Source: an uncultured Acidimicrobiia bacterium (GTDB lineage: Bacteria; Actinomycetota; Acidimicrobiia; Acidimicrobiales; AC-14). From it: a stretch of DNA of 64,000 bases. The translations under genes were made by a program, and so were the position numbers. This document shows positions 53,868 through 64,000 of the stretch, piece after piece; the stretch's first letter is position 1, and each line of letters begins with the position of its first letter. The DNA is taken from contig CAWIIV010000024.1 in assembly GCA_963836205.1 (NCBI GenBank), positions 1-64,000 on the forward strand, in the 5' to 3' direction. Below the pieces are notes generated by a model. It was not told the origin of the DNA. It searched no databases and saw only the letters and a list, made by a program, of their open reading frames with translations.

Positions 53868-56800
53868 TCAGCCGCCGAGGGTGCCGGTCCCCCCGCTCCC
53901 CGGGTTGCCGCCGCCGCCGCCGCCGCCGCCGCTCCCGCCCGCGCCACCGCCACCGCCCCCGCCCCCGCCCCCGCCCCCGCCCCCGCCGCCCCCGCCGCCG
54001 GACGGTCCGCCCGAGCCCCCGCCCGGCTTCGGCCGCCGCTTGCCGCCCCGCTTCGACCTCGGCTTGCGGGTGCCCGACCCCGACCCGGCCTTCGACCCCG
54101 ACCCGGCCTGGCCCGCTCCCGGTGCGGGACGGGTGACGTCGTCGTCGCCTTCGTCGTCGTCGTCCTGGTCCTCGTCATCGCGGCCGGCGCCGACGTCGCC
54201 ACCCCCGGCGTCGATGAGGTTGCCGTAGTGGGCCGCGTTGGCAGCCTGGGTGGCCGCGGGCGACAGGTCGAGCAGCTCGGTGAGCAAGACATTGTCGTCC
54301 GGGCCACCGGCGGCCGGCGTCACCGGGGGCGGTGGGGTCGGGGCCGGGGAGGGCATGGGGTCGACCAGGTCGGCCCACCGGTCGGGGGTGGGCGGTGCCG
54401 GAGTGGTCGGCGGCGGCTCGCTGTCGGGACCGACCATCACGTCCCGGTCCTCCAGCGCCCAGTCGGCGTCGTCGACTGCGCCCGGCCGCCGGGAAGGGGG
54501 AAGGTCCTCGGGGAACAGGTCCCAGAACGACAGCTCCTCCAGGGGGACACGAGGTGCCGGGCGGAGCGGGGGCGCGGCGGGCACCTGGGCCGCCCAGCCC
54601 TCCTCCCCCAGCAGGTCGGGGACGGCGACCTCGGAGCGAGAGTCCGCCGGCGCCTGCGCCGACCGGTCGCCGTCGATGACGCCGGCGAAGGCGGTGTCGT
54701 CGCCGTCGTCCTCCTCGATGACGCGGACGCCTCCCCCCCAGGTCTGCACCGGTGGCGGGGGGACCAGGGGCGCAGGTTGTTCCGGCCCCCATTGGTCGGA
54801 CTCGGCGTTGGCCTTGCGCCGCAGGTAGGCGGTCTGGAGGACTGCGACGAGGAAGAGGGCGGCGGTGGTGGCCACCAGCAGCCGCACCCGCTTGTCGTGG
54901 GTGCCCGACTCGGCGGGGACGGTGGTGACGGCGCCTCCGGTGCCGATCGACGTGGCCGGCGACGCGTCGTCGGCGGCCGAGACGCGGGTGACGAAGCCGT
55001 CGGCGGTGGCGCCCGCCCGGGCCGCCTGGAGCGGCTTGGCCGTCGGGAAGTCGGCCGAGCTGGTGGTGCCGACCACCACTGGCGTGGCCGCCCCCGGCCC
55101 CACGGCGACGCCCGCGGCCTGGTCGTCCTCCCGCCCGCCGAGGTAGGTGGACGACACCAGGGTCGCCCCCGCCGGGGCCAGGGTGGACATGAAGGCGTCG
55201 GTGGCGCCTCCGCCCTTCACCCCCTGGAGGGGCTTGGCCGTCGGGAAGTTGGTCGACCCGGTGACGCCCACCACGGTGACGCCGCCCCCGCCGTCGACCA
55301 GGATGCCCGTGCCCGCGTCGGCACCGCCCCCGCCCAGGTAGGTGGAGAAGACGAGGTCGGACCCCGCCGGGTTCACCTTGGTGACGAAGGCGTCGGTGTC
55401 GCTGTCCTTGCGCTCCTGGAGGGCGCCCTTGATGGGGAAGTTGGGGGAGTTGGTGGTGCCGGTGACGTAGGCCGCGCCCTCGATGTCGACCGCGATCCCG
55501 GCGCCCTGGTCGGTGTCGCTGCCGCCCAGGAACGTGGAGTAGACGAGGTTGTTGCCTGCCGGTCCGAACTTCGACACGAAGGCGTCGGAGAAGCTCCCGG
55601 ACACCCCGCTGGCCGAGCCACCGGCGCCCGCCTGGAGGGGCCGGGCGGTGGGGAAGCCGGGCGACCGGGTGTCGCCGGTGACGTAGGCGTTGCCGGTGGC
55701 GTCGACGGCCACGTCGAGGCCGCGGTCGTCGTTGTCGCCCCCCAGGCGGGTGGAGAAGACGAAGGCGTTGCCCTCCACCGACAGCTTGGTGACGAAGGCG
55801 TCGACGTCGTCGACCCGGGGGGTGGTCTGCTGGAGCGGGTTGGCGGTGGGGAACTCCACCGAGTTGGTCGAGCCGGTGACGAACGCCTCGCCGGCCGCGT
55901 TCACCGCCACCGCCCGGGCGGCCTCGGTCTGCGTCCCCCCCACGAAGGTCGACCAGGCCAGGCCCGACCCGGCGGGGTTGAGCTTGGTGACGAAGGCGTC
56001 GCTGGGCCCGCCGCCGAAGTTCTCCTGGGCCACCCCCGCCGTTTTGGGGAAGTTGTCGGACTCGGTGACCCCGGTGACGTAGACGGTGCCGTCGGCGGCG
56101 ACCGCCACCCCTCCGGCCGCGTCCCGGTTGGTGCCGCCCAGGTAGGTGGCGTAGATGAGGGTCGTGCCCTCGGCGTTGAGCTTGGCCACGAAGGCGTCGG
56201 ACCGGCCCGCCGAGCCGTCGCCGTTGAGGGCGCTCTGGAAGGGGTTGGTGGCCCGGAAGTCGGCCGACTCGGTGGACCCGGCGATGTAGACGTTGCCCCC
56301 GCCGTCGACGTCGACCGAGGCCGCGTTGTCGATCCCGCTGCCGCCGAGGTAGCTCGACGTCACCAGGGTGGGGTCGATCACCAGCGGCCGGGAGCGGTCG
56401 TAGTCGCCCACGGTGAAGCCGACGTGGCCGCCGCCGAGGAGGCGGAAGGCGCCGTCCACCGACCGCCGGTCGCCGTCGACGTCCTGGAAGAGCACGGGGC
56501 GCGACAGGCGGGCGCCGCCCACGACGAGGTCGCCGGTCGGAGGGGTCGACGGTGGGCTCGGCCCCGAACTCGACGGCGATGGCGGACGGGTCGGCGCCGG
56601 GGGCGACCACGAAGTCGTGGCGCAGGCGGCGCTGGTCGCCGAGGAAGACGATGTCGACGCCCGGCCACACGTCGGCGTACGACACCCGGGCGAAGGTGGG
56701 GACGCCCGTCTGCCAGGCGGACGGAGTCGGCGCCCGTGAGGTAGTTGGTGCGGCCCGGGAGGGGATCGACGGTGGTGCCGACCGCGGCCGGGTTCGACCC

Positions 56801-57097
56801 CACCAGGCGGAGGCGGAGGATGTCGTCGGTCTCGGGCAGGGTGACGTCGGCTCCGGTGGCGGAGAGGGCGAGCCGGTAGCCGGGGCCGCGGGCCACGTAG
56901 TCGACCCCTGCCTCGGCCTGGCCCACGTTGGGCTCGAACCCGAGGGGAAGCGACGCCAGGGCGTCGAGAACGGCGGCCGCGGCGGGAGCCTCGGCCGGTT
57001 CGGAGGGTCGTGGCCCCGTGAGCCACCCGGGCACTCCCGCGGAAAGGACCAGGAGGACGAGTGACGCGACGAGGACGGCGGCGGGACGCCTGCGCAT
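53868..57097 (-). CDS. SBBP beta-propeller surface protein with C-terminal TM and long acidic/Pro-rich then basic/Gly-rich tail (frameshifts near 56725 and 56540)
   Basis: Signal peptide MRRRPAAVLVASLVLLVLSAG; LGFEPNVGQ, V.Y..VWPGVD, F.V.PGADP..I, YD....LVIDP; about 7 repeats of STYLGG...D....AVD..G..YVTG.T.S..FPT...DAFVTK. Confidence 0.85.
53906..54000. repeat. (CCG)n/(CCCCCG)n simple repeat encoding poly-Gly
   Basis: GCCGCCGCC... and CCCCCG runs at the 3' end of the SBBP gene. Confidence 0.9.
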
Positions 57098-57179
57098 CCC
57101 TTCATCCTTGTTCATCGACGGAGTCGAGTGTAGGGGGGCCGTCCGAGCCGGTGTCACCGCGTCGCGCCGGGGCGGCGGC

Positions 57180-57691
57180 TCAGCGAGGCGGGTGCTGCTT
57201 GACGATGACGTCGATCCCCGGAATCGGCTCGCTCCCGGCCGTCGCCTCACCGCCACCCGCCGGTTCGCCGCCAGGCGGGGACGGGTCGCCCGGGTCGCCC
57301 GGGTCGCCCGGCATCGGCTCGACCGCCGCCGCCCCGCCGGAGTTCTTTCCGAGGCCGGGGACGGGGTCACCGTCGGCGACCGCCCCCGCCGCCGCGGGAG
57401 CCTCCGGGAGATCGCCACCGGAAGCGTCACCTTCCGGCGGGTCGTCGCCGGTCACCATCGAAATTGCATGCTCGATGTTCGACCGGGTGGTGTCTCCCTC
57501 GTCGGCCACGTCGCCTTCGACGGCCTCGCCACCCGTGACTTCCGGGTCACCGCCCCCGAGGGCCGTCCCGACGCTCTCGATGTTCGACCAGGCGGAGCTG
57601 ACGCGCCGTCGGCGGCATCCGCCCCCTCCGGGGCTTCTTCGTCGCTGGGCAGGGGTTTCTCGCCGATGGGGTGAGAGTACGCCCGTCCCAC
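57180..57691 (-). CDS. Acidic Gly/Pro-rich, probably disordered hypothetical protein (~170 aa, probable frameshift near 57600)
   Basis: Joins MGRAYSHPIGEKPLPSDEEAPEGADAADG to SAWSNIES...TRSNIEH...EPIPGIDVIVKQHPPR*; high-GC3 codons in that frame. Confidence 0.55.
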
Positions 57692-57695
57692 CCGA

Positions 57696-60129
57696 ATGGA
57701 CAGGGGATCGGCGGCGTACCCTCAGGACATCGGCGAGCCCTCGATCGGCTTCGATGACGGCGGTCCGGCGTCGCCCGGGGAGGCTGACCCTTCCGGCGGG
57801 GACAGGTCCGCCGGCACGCTCCGAGCGCCGGCGACGACACGTCCCCGCATCCCTCCGTCGGGCCTGGCCACCGCCCTCGGCTCCCGACCCGCCGCCCCCG
57901 GGCCGGCGTCGCTCGTCGGACTGGAGCACGAGTACGCCCTGACGAGCGGTGGCGAGCGGCTCGATTTCCGGCAGGTGATCCGGGGGCTGGACCTTCCCGG
58001 ACGGCGCCTCGACCCAGGCGACGCCAACGCCTACCGCTGCCGGTCGGGCCTGGTCATCACCTGCGACGACGAGGAGGCCGAGGTCGTCTCCCCCCCGGTG
58101 CCGGTGCGCCCCGGCTTCACCGCCGACATCGCCGACTGGGCCGTGCGAGGGGCCGACGAGCTCCGTCGCGTCCTCCCGGCCGGCGTTGCGGCGCGGGGCT
58201 TCTCCACCCACCTGAGCGCGTCCATGCCTCCTCGACTGGTCGGACCGTTGTGCGCCCTGTTCGCGGAGACGTTCGCACCGGCCCTGATGCTCGTCCTCGA
58301 CCGGGCCGACTCGCACGGCCTGTTCCTGCGGCCCCGACCGGGCCGGGTGGAGCTCTGCGGCGAGTTCGCCACGGGCCCCGGCTGGGCGCGGCCGCCGCCC
58401 TCGTCGCCGGTGGGACCAGGGCGTGCGCCGAGGCCCTGGTGACGCGGGACGGGCATGCGGCCACGACCTGCCGCCCTCGTTGGCGGTCGACGTCCGGCCG
58501 GCCACGGGACGCTTCGGCCTGTTCGTCGGGCGCCGGCTCGCGTTCGGGTTCGATCTCTACGCCGCCGGCCGCCGGGCCCGGCTGCCATTGGAAGGGGGCG
58601 GGGTCATCACCGCTCAGGCCCATCTCGAACGGGCGTGGGAGGCGGCCCGCGCCGCTTTGGGCCCGGCCGCGAGCCCGGACGACCTTGACGCCGGCGATCG
58701 GATGGTGGCGGGGTCCAGCCCCCTCGGGATCGAGACGAGGGGCGACGACGACCGTCACCCCGCACCACCGCCACCCACCTGGTCGCCATTCGGCGAGATC
58801 CTCCGGGATCGCGGCCAGGCGGGCGTCGGGGTCGCGGCCGTGGCCGCCACCTGGGACTTCACCGTCTTCCGACTCGACCACGCCCGGCGAACGGCCTACG
58901 CGTGTGTCCCCACGCCCTGGCTGGAGCGGTTCTTGCACGGCCTGGACGGCGGCGCCCTCGACGGACTTCTCGCCGACTTCCTCGGTGGCGGATCGTCGGG
59001 AAGGGTGCTGCGCGTGCACGACCAGACCCGGGAGCCCGGTCTGTGGGACGACGCCGTCATCGGCCCCGACCTCCTCCCCGACGAGCGGACGGCGGACGAA
59101 GGCGTGCCTCGGGGTTCGTCGCCACTGCACGCCCGTCCGGGGAAGCTCGGGCGCGTTCCCGGCCCACCCGCGCCGCTCTTCGCCGAGCCGGCCTCGCGGC
59201 CGCCGCTCGTCCCCGCCGAGTCGGCCTCGGCGGCGCTCGTCGCCGCCGAACCTAAACCGAGGCCTGAGTCACCGCCTGTCGCCGAACCGGCCGGAGCACC
59301 GAAGGCCGGCGAACCCGCCGAGGACTCGATCGTACGCAAAGCGGACACGGTTCCTACGGCTCGTAACGCCCTCCAGGTCCCTTCCGCGGTCGAACGGGCG
59401 CCGTCCCCGGCGGCGCCGGTCCCCGCCGGCGTCCCACCGGTCGAACCCACGCTTCGCCCACGACCCCGAGCCGCACAGGCACGGCCGCGGCGACGGGTCC
59501 GCGTCCTCGTCGCCCTGCTCAGCCTGCTGTTGGGCGGGACTGCGGCCGCGGTTGCGGTGGTGATCGCCGGTGGAGGGGACTCCGGGGTCGACGTCCGCAC
59601 CAGCCCGTCGGTCCCGCCGCCGACCGTGGTCCGGCGGACAACGACCCCTCCCGCCTCGACGACAAGCGCCGATCCGACCTCTACCGCCGCGCCCACGACG
59701 CCGGTGGCCACGGCCGCGCCCACGCTCGTCCCCCGCTCGACGGCGGGCGCCACCGCCGTCCCCGCCACCGACCCCGCCACCACCATCCCGCCGGAGACGA
59801 CCGTACCGCCGACGTCGGAGCCGCCCACGACGGTGTCGACGGTCGTCGTCGACCCCCCGACCGACGTGGTGGTGGCGGTGGTGAAGGGACCGCGCGGGTG
59901 CGCGTTCCAACCGGCCTCGATCACGGTGGTCGTGGGCTCGACCGTGGCCTTCCGGAACGCAACCGACGTCGGCCTGACGATCGTCATCGGCGGGACCACG
60001 ATCTCGCTTGACTCCGGAGGCTCGTCCGGCCCCTATCCGCTCGCGACCGCGGGCACCTCTGAGCCCACCTGCACCCCCGACGACGGCACCTCCCCGGGCG
60101 ACATGACCATCACCGTCACCGGCGGCTGA
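57696..60129 (+). CDS. Carboxylate-amine ligase-like (GS/GCS2/PafA fold) N-terminal domain, Pro-rich linker, TM, Thr-rich stalk and cupredoxin-like extracellular domain (frameshifts near 58379 and 58460)
   Basis: VGLEHEY ... ITCDDEEAEVVSPP ... GFSTHLS ... RPRPGRVELCGE...AAAALVAG; TM VLVALLSLLLGGTAAAVAVVIAG; C-terminal FQPASITV.VGSTV.FRN. Confidence 0.6.
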
Positions 60130-60223
60130 CCGCCGAGCCCGGGGGCCGACGCCTGTACCCTGGACGGGTGCCCGGCAGTGGAGTCGTCCGAGTGGGCTGT
60201 CCTCCGGTCGGCCCGTTTTCCTC

Positions 60224-61570
60224 GTGAGCAGCGCCCTCGCCGTCGTCCCGCCGGCCCGGGGCGGCGTGTTCGTGCTCGGCGAGCGCACCATCGACGTGGA
60301 GCGGGGCCACGCCTCGTTCTCCTACGACCTCGACGGGGAGACGTTTCGGGAGGATCTGCGCCTGCCGCCGGGTGGCGGGGTGGCCGATCCCGGCGCCCTC
60401 GACCTCCTCCTCGACCTCTGCCACGTCGTCATCGGCACCAGCTACTACAAGCTCTCGGCCCCGACCCGCCTCACCAGCCGCCATCCCCTGTCGGCCGACC
60501 TCCTCGAGCTGTGCCGGCGGACCTACGACGACGGCCTGCGCGAGCTGGCCTACACCAACGGGCTGCCGCTGCCCCTCGTCACCGACGTCGACGACGGTGC
60601 GTTCTCCGCCCGCCGCGGCCCGGCGGCGACGACACCGACGACGCCGACGACCTGCGTCCGGCCCCTCGTCCCCGTCGGTGGGGGCAAGGACTCGGCAGCC
60701 GTGCTCGGGCTGCTTCCCGACGCCACCGGGATCTCGGTGTCGGCCACCGGGGTCCACCGGCGGCTGGCCGCAGCCGCCGGCGTCGAGCTGCTCGAAGTCG
60801 TCCGGACGATCGACGAGAAGCTCTCCCGGCTCACGCCGACGGGCTTCAACGGCCACATCCCGATCACGGCCGTCAACTCGGCCGTCAGCAGCCTGGTGGC
60901 CTACCTGTTCGACTTCGACGGCGTCGTCATGGGCAACGAGCGCTCCGCTAGCGAGCCCACCCGCATGGTCGGGACGACTGCCGTCAACCACCAGTACTCC
61001 AAGTCGTTCGAGTTCGAGAAGCTCCTGCACGACGCCATCGCCCCCACCGGCATCACCTACTTCTCCCTCCTGCGCCAGCTCTCCGAGCTGACGATCGCCG
61101 GGCTCGTCGCCCGCGACCTGCGCCTGCGGGGCAGCTTCCTGTCGTGCAACCGGGCCTTCGTGCGGTCCCGCGATCCCGGTGCGCCCCAGGTGTGGTGCCT
61201 CGAATGCCCGAAGTGCCTGTTCACGTTCCTCTGCTTCGCCCCCTTCCTCACCGTGGCCGAGGCGGAGGAGATCTTCGGGGGAAACCCCCTCGGCCGGCTG
61301 GAGCTGCGGGAGTCCTTCCGCGACCTCTGGCGGCCGGAATCCAAGCCGTTCGACTGCGTCGGCGAGCGCACGGAGTCGGCGGTGGCTATGGCCTGGCTCA
61401 GCACGTTCCCCGACTGGAAGGAGATGCCCGTGGTCGCGTCGTTGGCGGTCGACGCCGAGTCGATGGCGGAGGGACTGGGGGCCGACCTGGCCCGCGTCCT
61501 GGCCGTCGGCGGGCCCCATCTGATCCCGCCGGATCTCTTGGCGGTCGTGACCGGGGCGGCGAGCCGATGA
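60224..61570 (+). CDS. murL: UDP-MurNAc-L-Ala-L-Glu epimerase
   Basis: G.SYYK...P, Y..GL.E.AY.N, PP-loop GGGKDS, NGH.P.TA, NE.SA, NHQYSKS..FE, YFSLLR..SEL, F.SCN, WC..CPKC.F.FL, KPF.CVG. Confidence 0.9.
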   Translation: MSSALAVVPPARGGVFVLGERTIDVERGHASFSYDLDGETFREDLRLPPGGGVADPGALDLLLDLCHVVIGTSYYKLSAPTRLTSRHPLSADLLELCRRTYDDGLRELAYTNGLPLPLVTDVDDGAFSARRGPAATTPTTPTTCVRPLVPVGGGKDSAAVLGLLPDATGISVSATGVHRRLAAAAGVELLEVVRTIDEKLSRLTPTGFNGHIPITAVNSAVSSLVAYLFDFDGVVMGNERSASEPTRMVGTTAVNHQYSKSFEFEKLLHDAIAPTGITYFSLLRQLSELTIAGLVARDLRLRGSFLSCNRAFVRSRDPGAPQVWCLECPKCLFTFLCFAPFLTVAEAEEIFGGNPLGRLELRESFRDLWRPESKPFDCVGERTESAVAMAWLSTFPDWKEMPVVASLAVDAESMAEGLGADLARVLAVGGPHLIPPDLLAVVTGAASR

Positions 61571-62856
61571 TCCGGGCGGATCTCACCGGCAAGGTCGTTG
61601 CCCTGCTGGGGATGGGCATCGACATGGAGGCGGCGCTGCCCGCGATCGTGGAGGTGGAACCGAGCCTGATCTACGTGGTGGACGCCGACCGGAGCCGGGC
61701 CCGCCAGATCCTGGCCGACGCCGACCTCGTCACCGTCCCCATCCTGGACACGGTGGCCGACCTGCCCGCGGCCGACGTCGCCATCCGGAGCCCGGGCTTC
61801 CCGCTCTACTCGCCCGAGCTCCAGGACCGGGTCAAGGCGGGTCTGGTCACGGTCACCCCCCTCGGCCTGTGGCTGGCGGAACGGGGCCACCGACCGACGG
61901 CGTCCGTCACCGGCACCAAGGGCAAGAGCAGTGCCTCTGTCCTGACGACCCTGGCCCTCGAGCACCTCGGCCGGCCGGCCCTCACCCTCGGCAACATCGG
62001 TGTGCCGCCCTGGACGCACTCCCCGGACGTCGCCCAGACGGTGGTCATCGAGATCTCGAGCTACCAGGCGGCCGACCTCGGCGTGGCGCCGTCGATCGCG
62101 TCCCTCACGTCGATCGGCGAGGATCACGTCGACTGGCACGGCTCCTTCGACCAGTACCTCCGCGACAAGGCCCGGGTCTTCACCGCGCCGGTGCTCGGCG
62201 ACCGGCGCTGGGCGGGGGTGCTCGCCGACGTGATGTTGCCGGAGCCCTTCGCTTCGATCGACTTCCATCGGGTGCCGGCGCCCGAGGGTGGTGGGGTCCG
62301 GGCGAGGAACGCCCATCTGGCGGCGGCGACCGCCCTCGCCCTCGCCCTCAACGCCGACGACGTGGATGTGGCCCAGATCGAGCACGTGGCCGCCTACCTG
62401 CTGAGCGAGTATCCCGAGTTGCCCGGTCGCTTCCGCCCGGTGGAGACGGTCAATTCGGTGGTGTACATCGACGACGCCCTGGCCAGCAACCCCCTCGGGC
62501 TGGCGATCAGCATCGGCGAGGTCGGCTCGGAGCCCCTGACGCTCATCGTCGGCGGCGCCAGCCGGGGCGCGAGCTTCGACCCCGTCTTCTTGTCCATCCA
62601 GGCGCGCACGGGACCCACCAACGTCATCTGCATCGACGACGCCGTCCCCCTCGAACCGGATCTGGCCCGGGCCGGGGCCACGACCTACCGCGCTCCCGAC
62701 CTGGAGAATGCCGTAGGGATGGCGGGCGAGATCACCCCCGCCGGCGGCACGGTCCTCTTCTCGCCGGGGATGCCGACCCCATCCGCCGAGGGCAACTGGG
62801 AGAACCGTTCCACTCGGTTCCACCTCGAAGTCGAATACCTGCGCCAGCGGAGCTGA
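61567..62856 (+). CDS. murD2: UDP-MurNAc-L-Ala--glutamate ligase, MurD2 (L-Glu-adding) type by context
   Basis: SPG, VTGTKGKSS, GNIG.P, E.SSYQ, DH.DWHG....Y..DK, LP.R, Y.DD..A.NP, I.GG..RG, VL.SP; ATGA overlap with murL. Confidence 0.85.
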   Translation: MIRADLTGKVVALLGMGIDMEAALPAIVEVEPSLIYVVDADRSRARQILADADLVTVPILDTVADLPAADVAIRSPGFPLYSPELQDRVKAGLVTVTPLGLWLAERGHRPTASVTGTKGKSSASVLTTLALEHLGRPALTLGNIGVPPWTHSPDVAQTVVIEISSYQAADLGVAPSIASLTSIGEDHVDWHGSFDQYLRDKARVFTAPVLGDRRWAGVLADVMLPEPFASIDFHRVPAPEGGGVRARNAHLAAATALALALNADDVDVAQIEHVAAYLLSEYPELPGRFRPVETVNSVVYIDDALASNPLGLAISIGEVGSEPLTLIVGGASRGASFDPVFLSIQARTGPTNVICIDDAVPLEPDLARAGATTYRAPDLENAVGMAGEITPAGGTVLFSPGMPTPSAEGNWENRSTRFHLEVEYLRQRS

Positions 62857-62893
62857 GCCTCGCCCCGGCGGGGCGGGCGGCCCGGCGGGGCCG

Positions 62894-63310
62894 TCAGGGC
62901 GGCGTGCGGCCCAGGAAGGCGGCGACCCGGTCGGCGGCGGGGGCGGTGTCGGGAACCTCGACGATGTCGCCGAACGGCATCCCGTCACCCCGGACCTCCG
63001 GAGGAAGGGTCTGCTCGGCCCGGGCCAGGACGTCGGCCGCCTGCTCCTCCGACCACGGCGTGGGCTGGCCAGTGGCGGTGGCCAGGTCCCAGCTGTGGGT
63101 GAGGGACTCCATCACCGTCATGTTGAAGGCCATCGCCCCCGGCGACTCCCCGCCGCCGAGGCTCACCTGGCGGTCGAAACCGTGCTCCTCCCAGCCGGCC
63201 ACGATGCGCTCGGGGCAGGGCGTCGGCAACTCCCACTGATCGTCCTTGACGCCTGCCATGAGGTCCTCGCTACCGGCCAGGAAGCCGCGCAGCAAATCGA
63301 TCTCTTCCAT
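62894..63310 (-). pseudogene. TIGR03086/MDMPI-like (DinB fold) protein with apparent in-frame internal deletion
   Basis: W..PTPCPE and E...H.WDLA.ATGQ...DR..AFLGR.P are present, but the expected W.V..L..H helix after PTPC is absent (138 aa). Confidence 0.6.
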
Positions 63311-63357
63311 GCCGTAAGTGTCCCCCCGTCGGGAGGGGAGCCCGAAATGGCGGCGCG

Positions 63358-63706
63358 TCAGTCCCCGGAGATGGGGTCGATGCCCCTCACCGGGGGCGGG
63401 ACGGTGGCGCTCGGGTCGTCGGGGACCACCTGGAACGGCGGCGTGACCCGCGGCGGCAGGGTGGTGGTGGGCGTTGGCGTCGGGATCGTCGTCGGCAGCG
63501 GCGGTCACGGAGGTCGTCTGCGACCCGGTCGCCGAGGCCTGCCGGGGGGCGACGATCGACGTCGGGGGGGCGGGCCCCGGCCCGGTCCGTTCCCCGGGCT
63601 TGAGGCCGGCCGACACCAGCCCCGCGGCCAGGACGACGGCGATGCAGGCGGCCGACCCCCAGCGGGCGATCGCCGAGCCTTCCAGGGTGTGGGCCAGGGT
63701 GCTCAT
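63358..63706 (-). CDS. Small membrane-anchored Pro/Thr-rich protein (probable frameshift near 63500)
   Basis: ATGA overlap with the upstream copD-like gene; TM CIAVVLAAGLVSAG; the alternative frame gives PTTIPTPTPTTTLPP...GIDPISGD*. Confidence 0.5.
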
Positions 63707-64000
63707 GCCGGCGTCGGCTGGGCGGTCAACAGGGCGGAGATCCCGACGACGGCCACCATGCCGGCGACCTCCAGCACGATCCAGGTGGCCACGGGTGAAC
63801 GGGTCGCCACGGGGGTGCGGGCGGCGGTGGCCAACCCGCCCGGGCGAGCATGACCGCCGCCGCTGAGCGCCGGCACCATCCGCTCCCGCACGACCGCCCG
63901 GCTCCGCTGGGCGACGACGAGCACGGCGGCGACGACGGCCGCCTTGAGGACCAGGGTCCGCCCGTACGGGGTCGTCATCAGGTTGACGGGCGAACCGACG
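63703..64000 (-). CDS. CopD-family copper resistance membrane protein, C-terminal part
   Basis: L.TT.YG..L..K, then LE.......V...SALL; truncated by the window edge. Confidence 0.75.
   Translation of the reverse strand, partial: VGSPVNLMTTPYGRTLVLKAAVVAAVLVVAQRSRAVVRERMVPALSGGGHARPGGLATAARTPVATRSPVATWIVLEVAGMVAVVGISALLTAQPTPA

Noticed and set aside
57696-58460. Canonical pafA or dop gene
   Set aside because: Lacks the NG.R.Y.D..HPE and G.HENY signatures, carries a TM fusion, and has no pup, arc or proteasome genes nearby. Kept only as a fold-level inference.

Overview
High-GC actinobacterial chromosomal DNA, probably class Acidimicrobiia (inferred from gene style, an HspR HAIR box at clpB and frequent leaderless starts). 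About a dozen single-base frameshifts, including one in the core gene purD, point to an error-prone long-read consensus, so split ORFs are joined below. From left to right: a giant secreted protein (>3,800 aa, runs off the left edge) with five FG-GAP/VCBS propeller blocks and 108-aa Ig-like repeats; an accessory block (SPW membrane protein, two-domain lipoprotein, GAF-GGDEF cyclase, helicase-associated protein, glycosyltransferase, CheB-fused hybrid kinase, MpaB, DUF1353, quinone reductase, a small TA-like pair, cupredoxin); leucine dehydrogenase plus a fused E1 alpha/beta 2-oxoacid dehydrogenase; an AbiEi/DUF559-type nuclease gene that runs into a palindromic repeat array; the purine cluster purA-D-E-B-C-S-Q-L-F-M with two inserted genes; clpB; an SBBP propeller surface protein; a membrane-anchored carboxylate-amine-ligase-like gene just upstream of murL-murD2; and a partial copD. 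The best candidates for an undescribed system are (1) the AbiEi-DUF559 nuclease together with three sequence-distinct but geometrically alike arrays of 48-51 bp palindromes (32.3, 43.8 and 49.2 kb), and (2) the membrane-tethered GS/PafA-fold ligase beside the MurL/MurD2 peptidoglycan genes and a divergent acidic disordered protein. No rRNA, tRNA, CRISPR array or transposase was seen.
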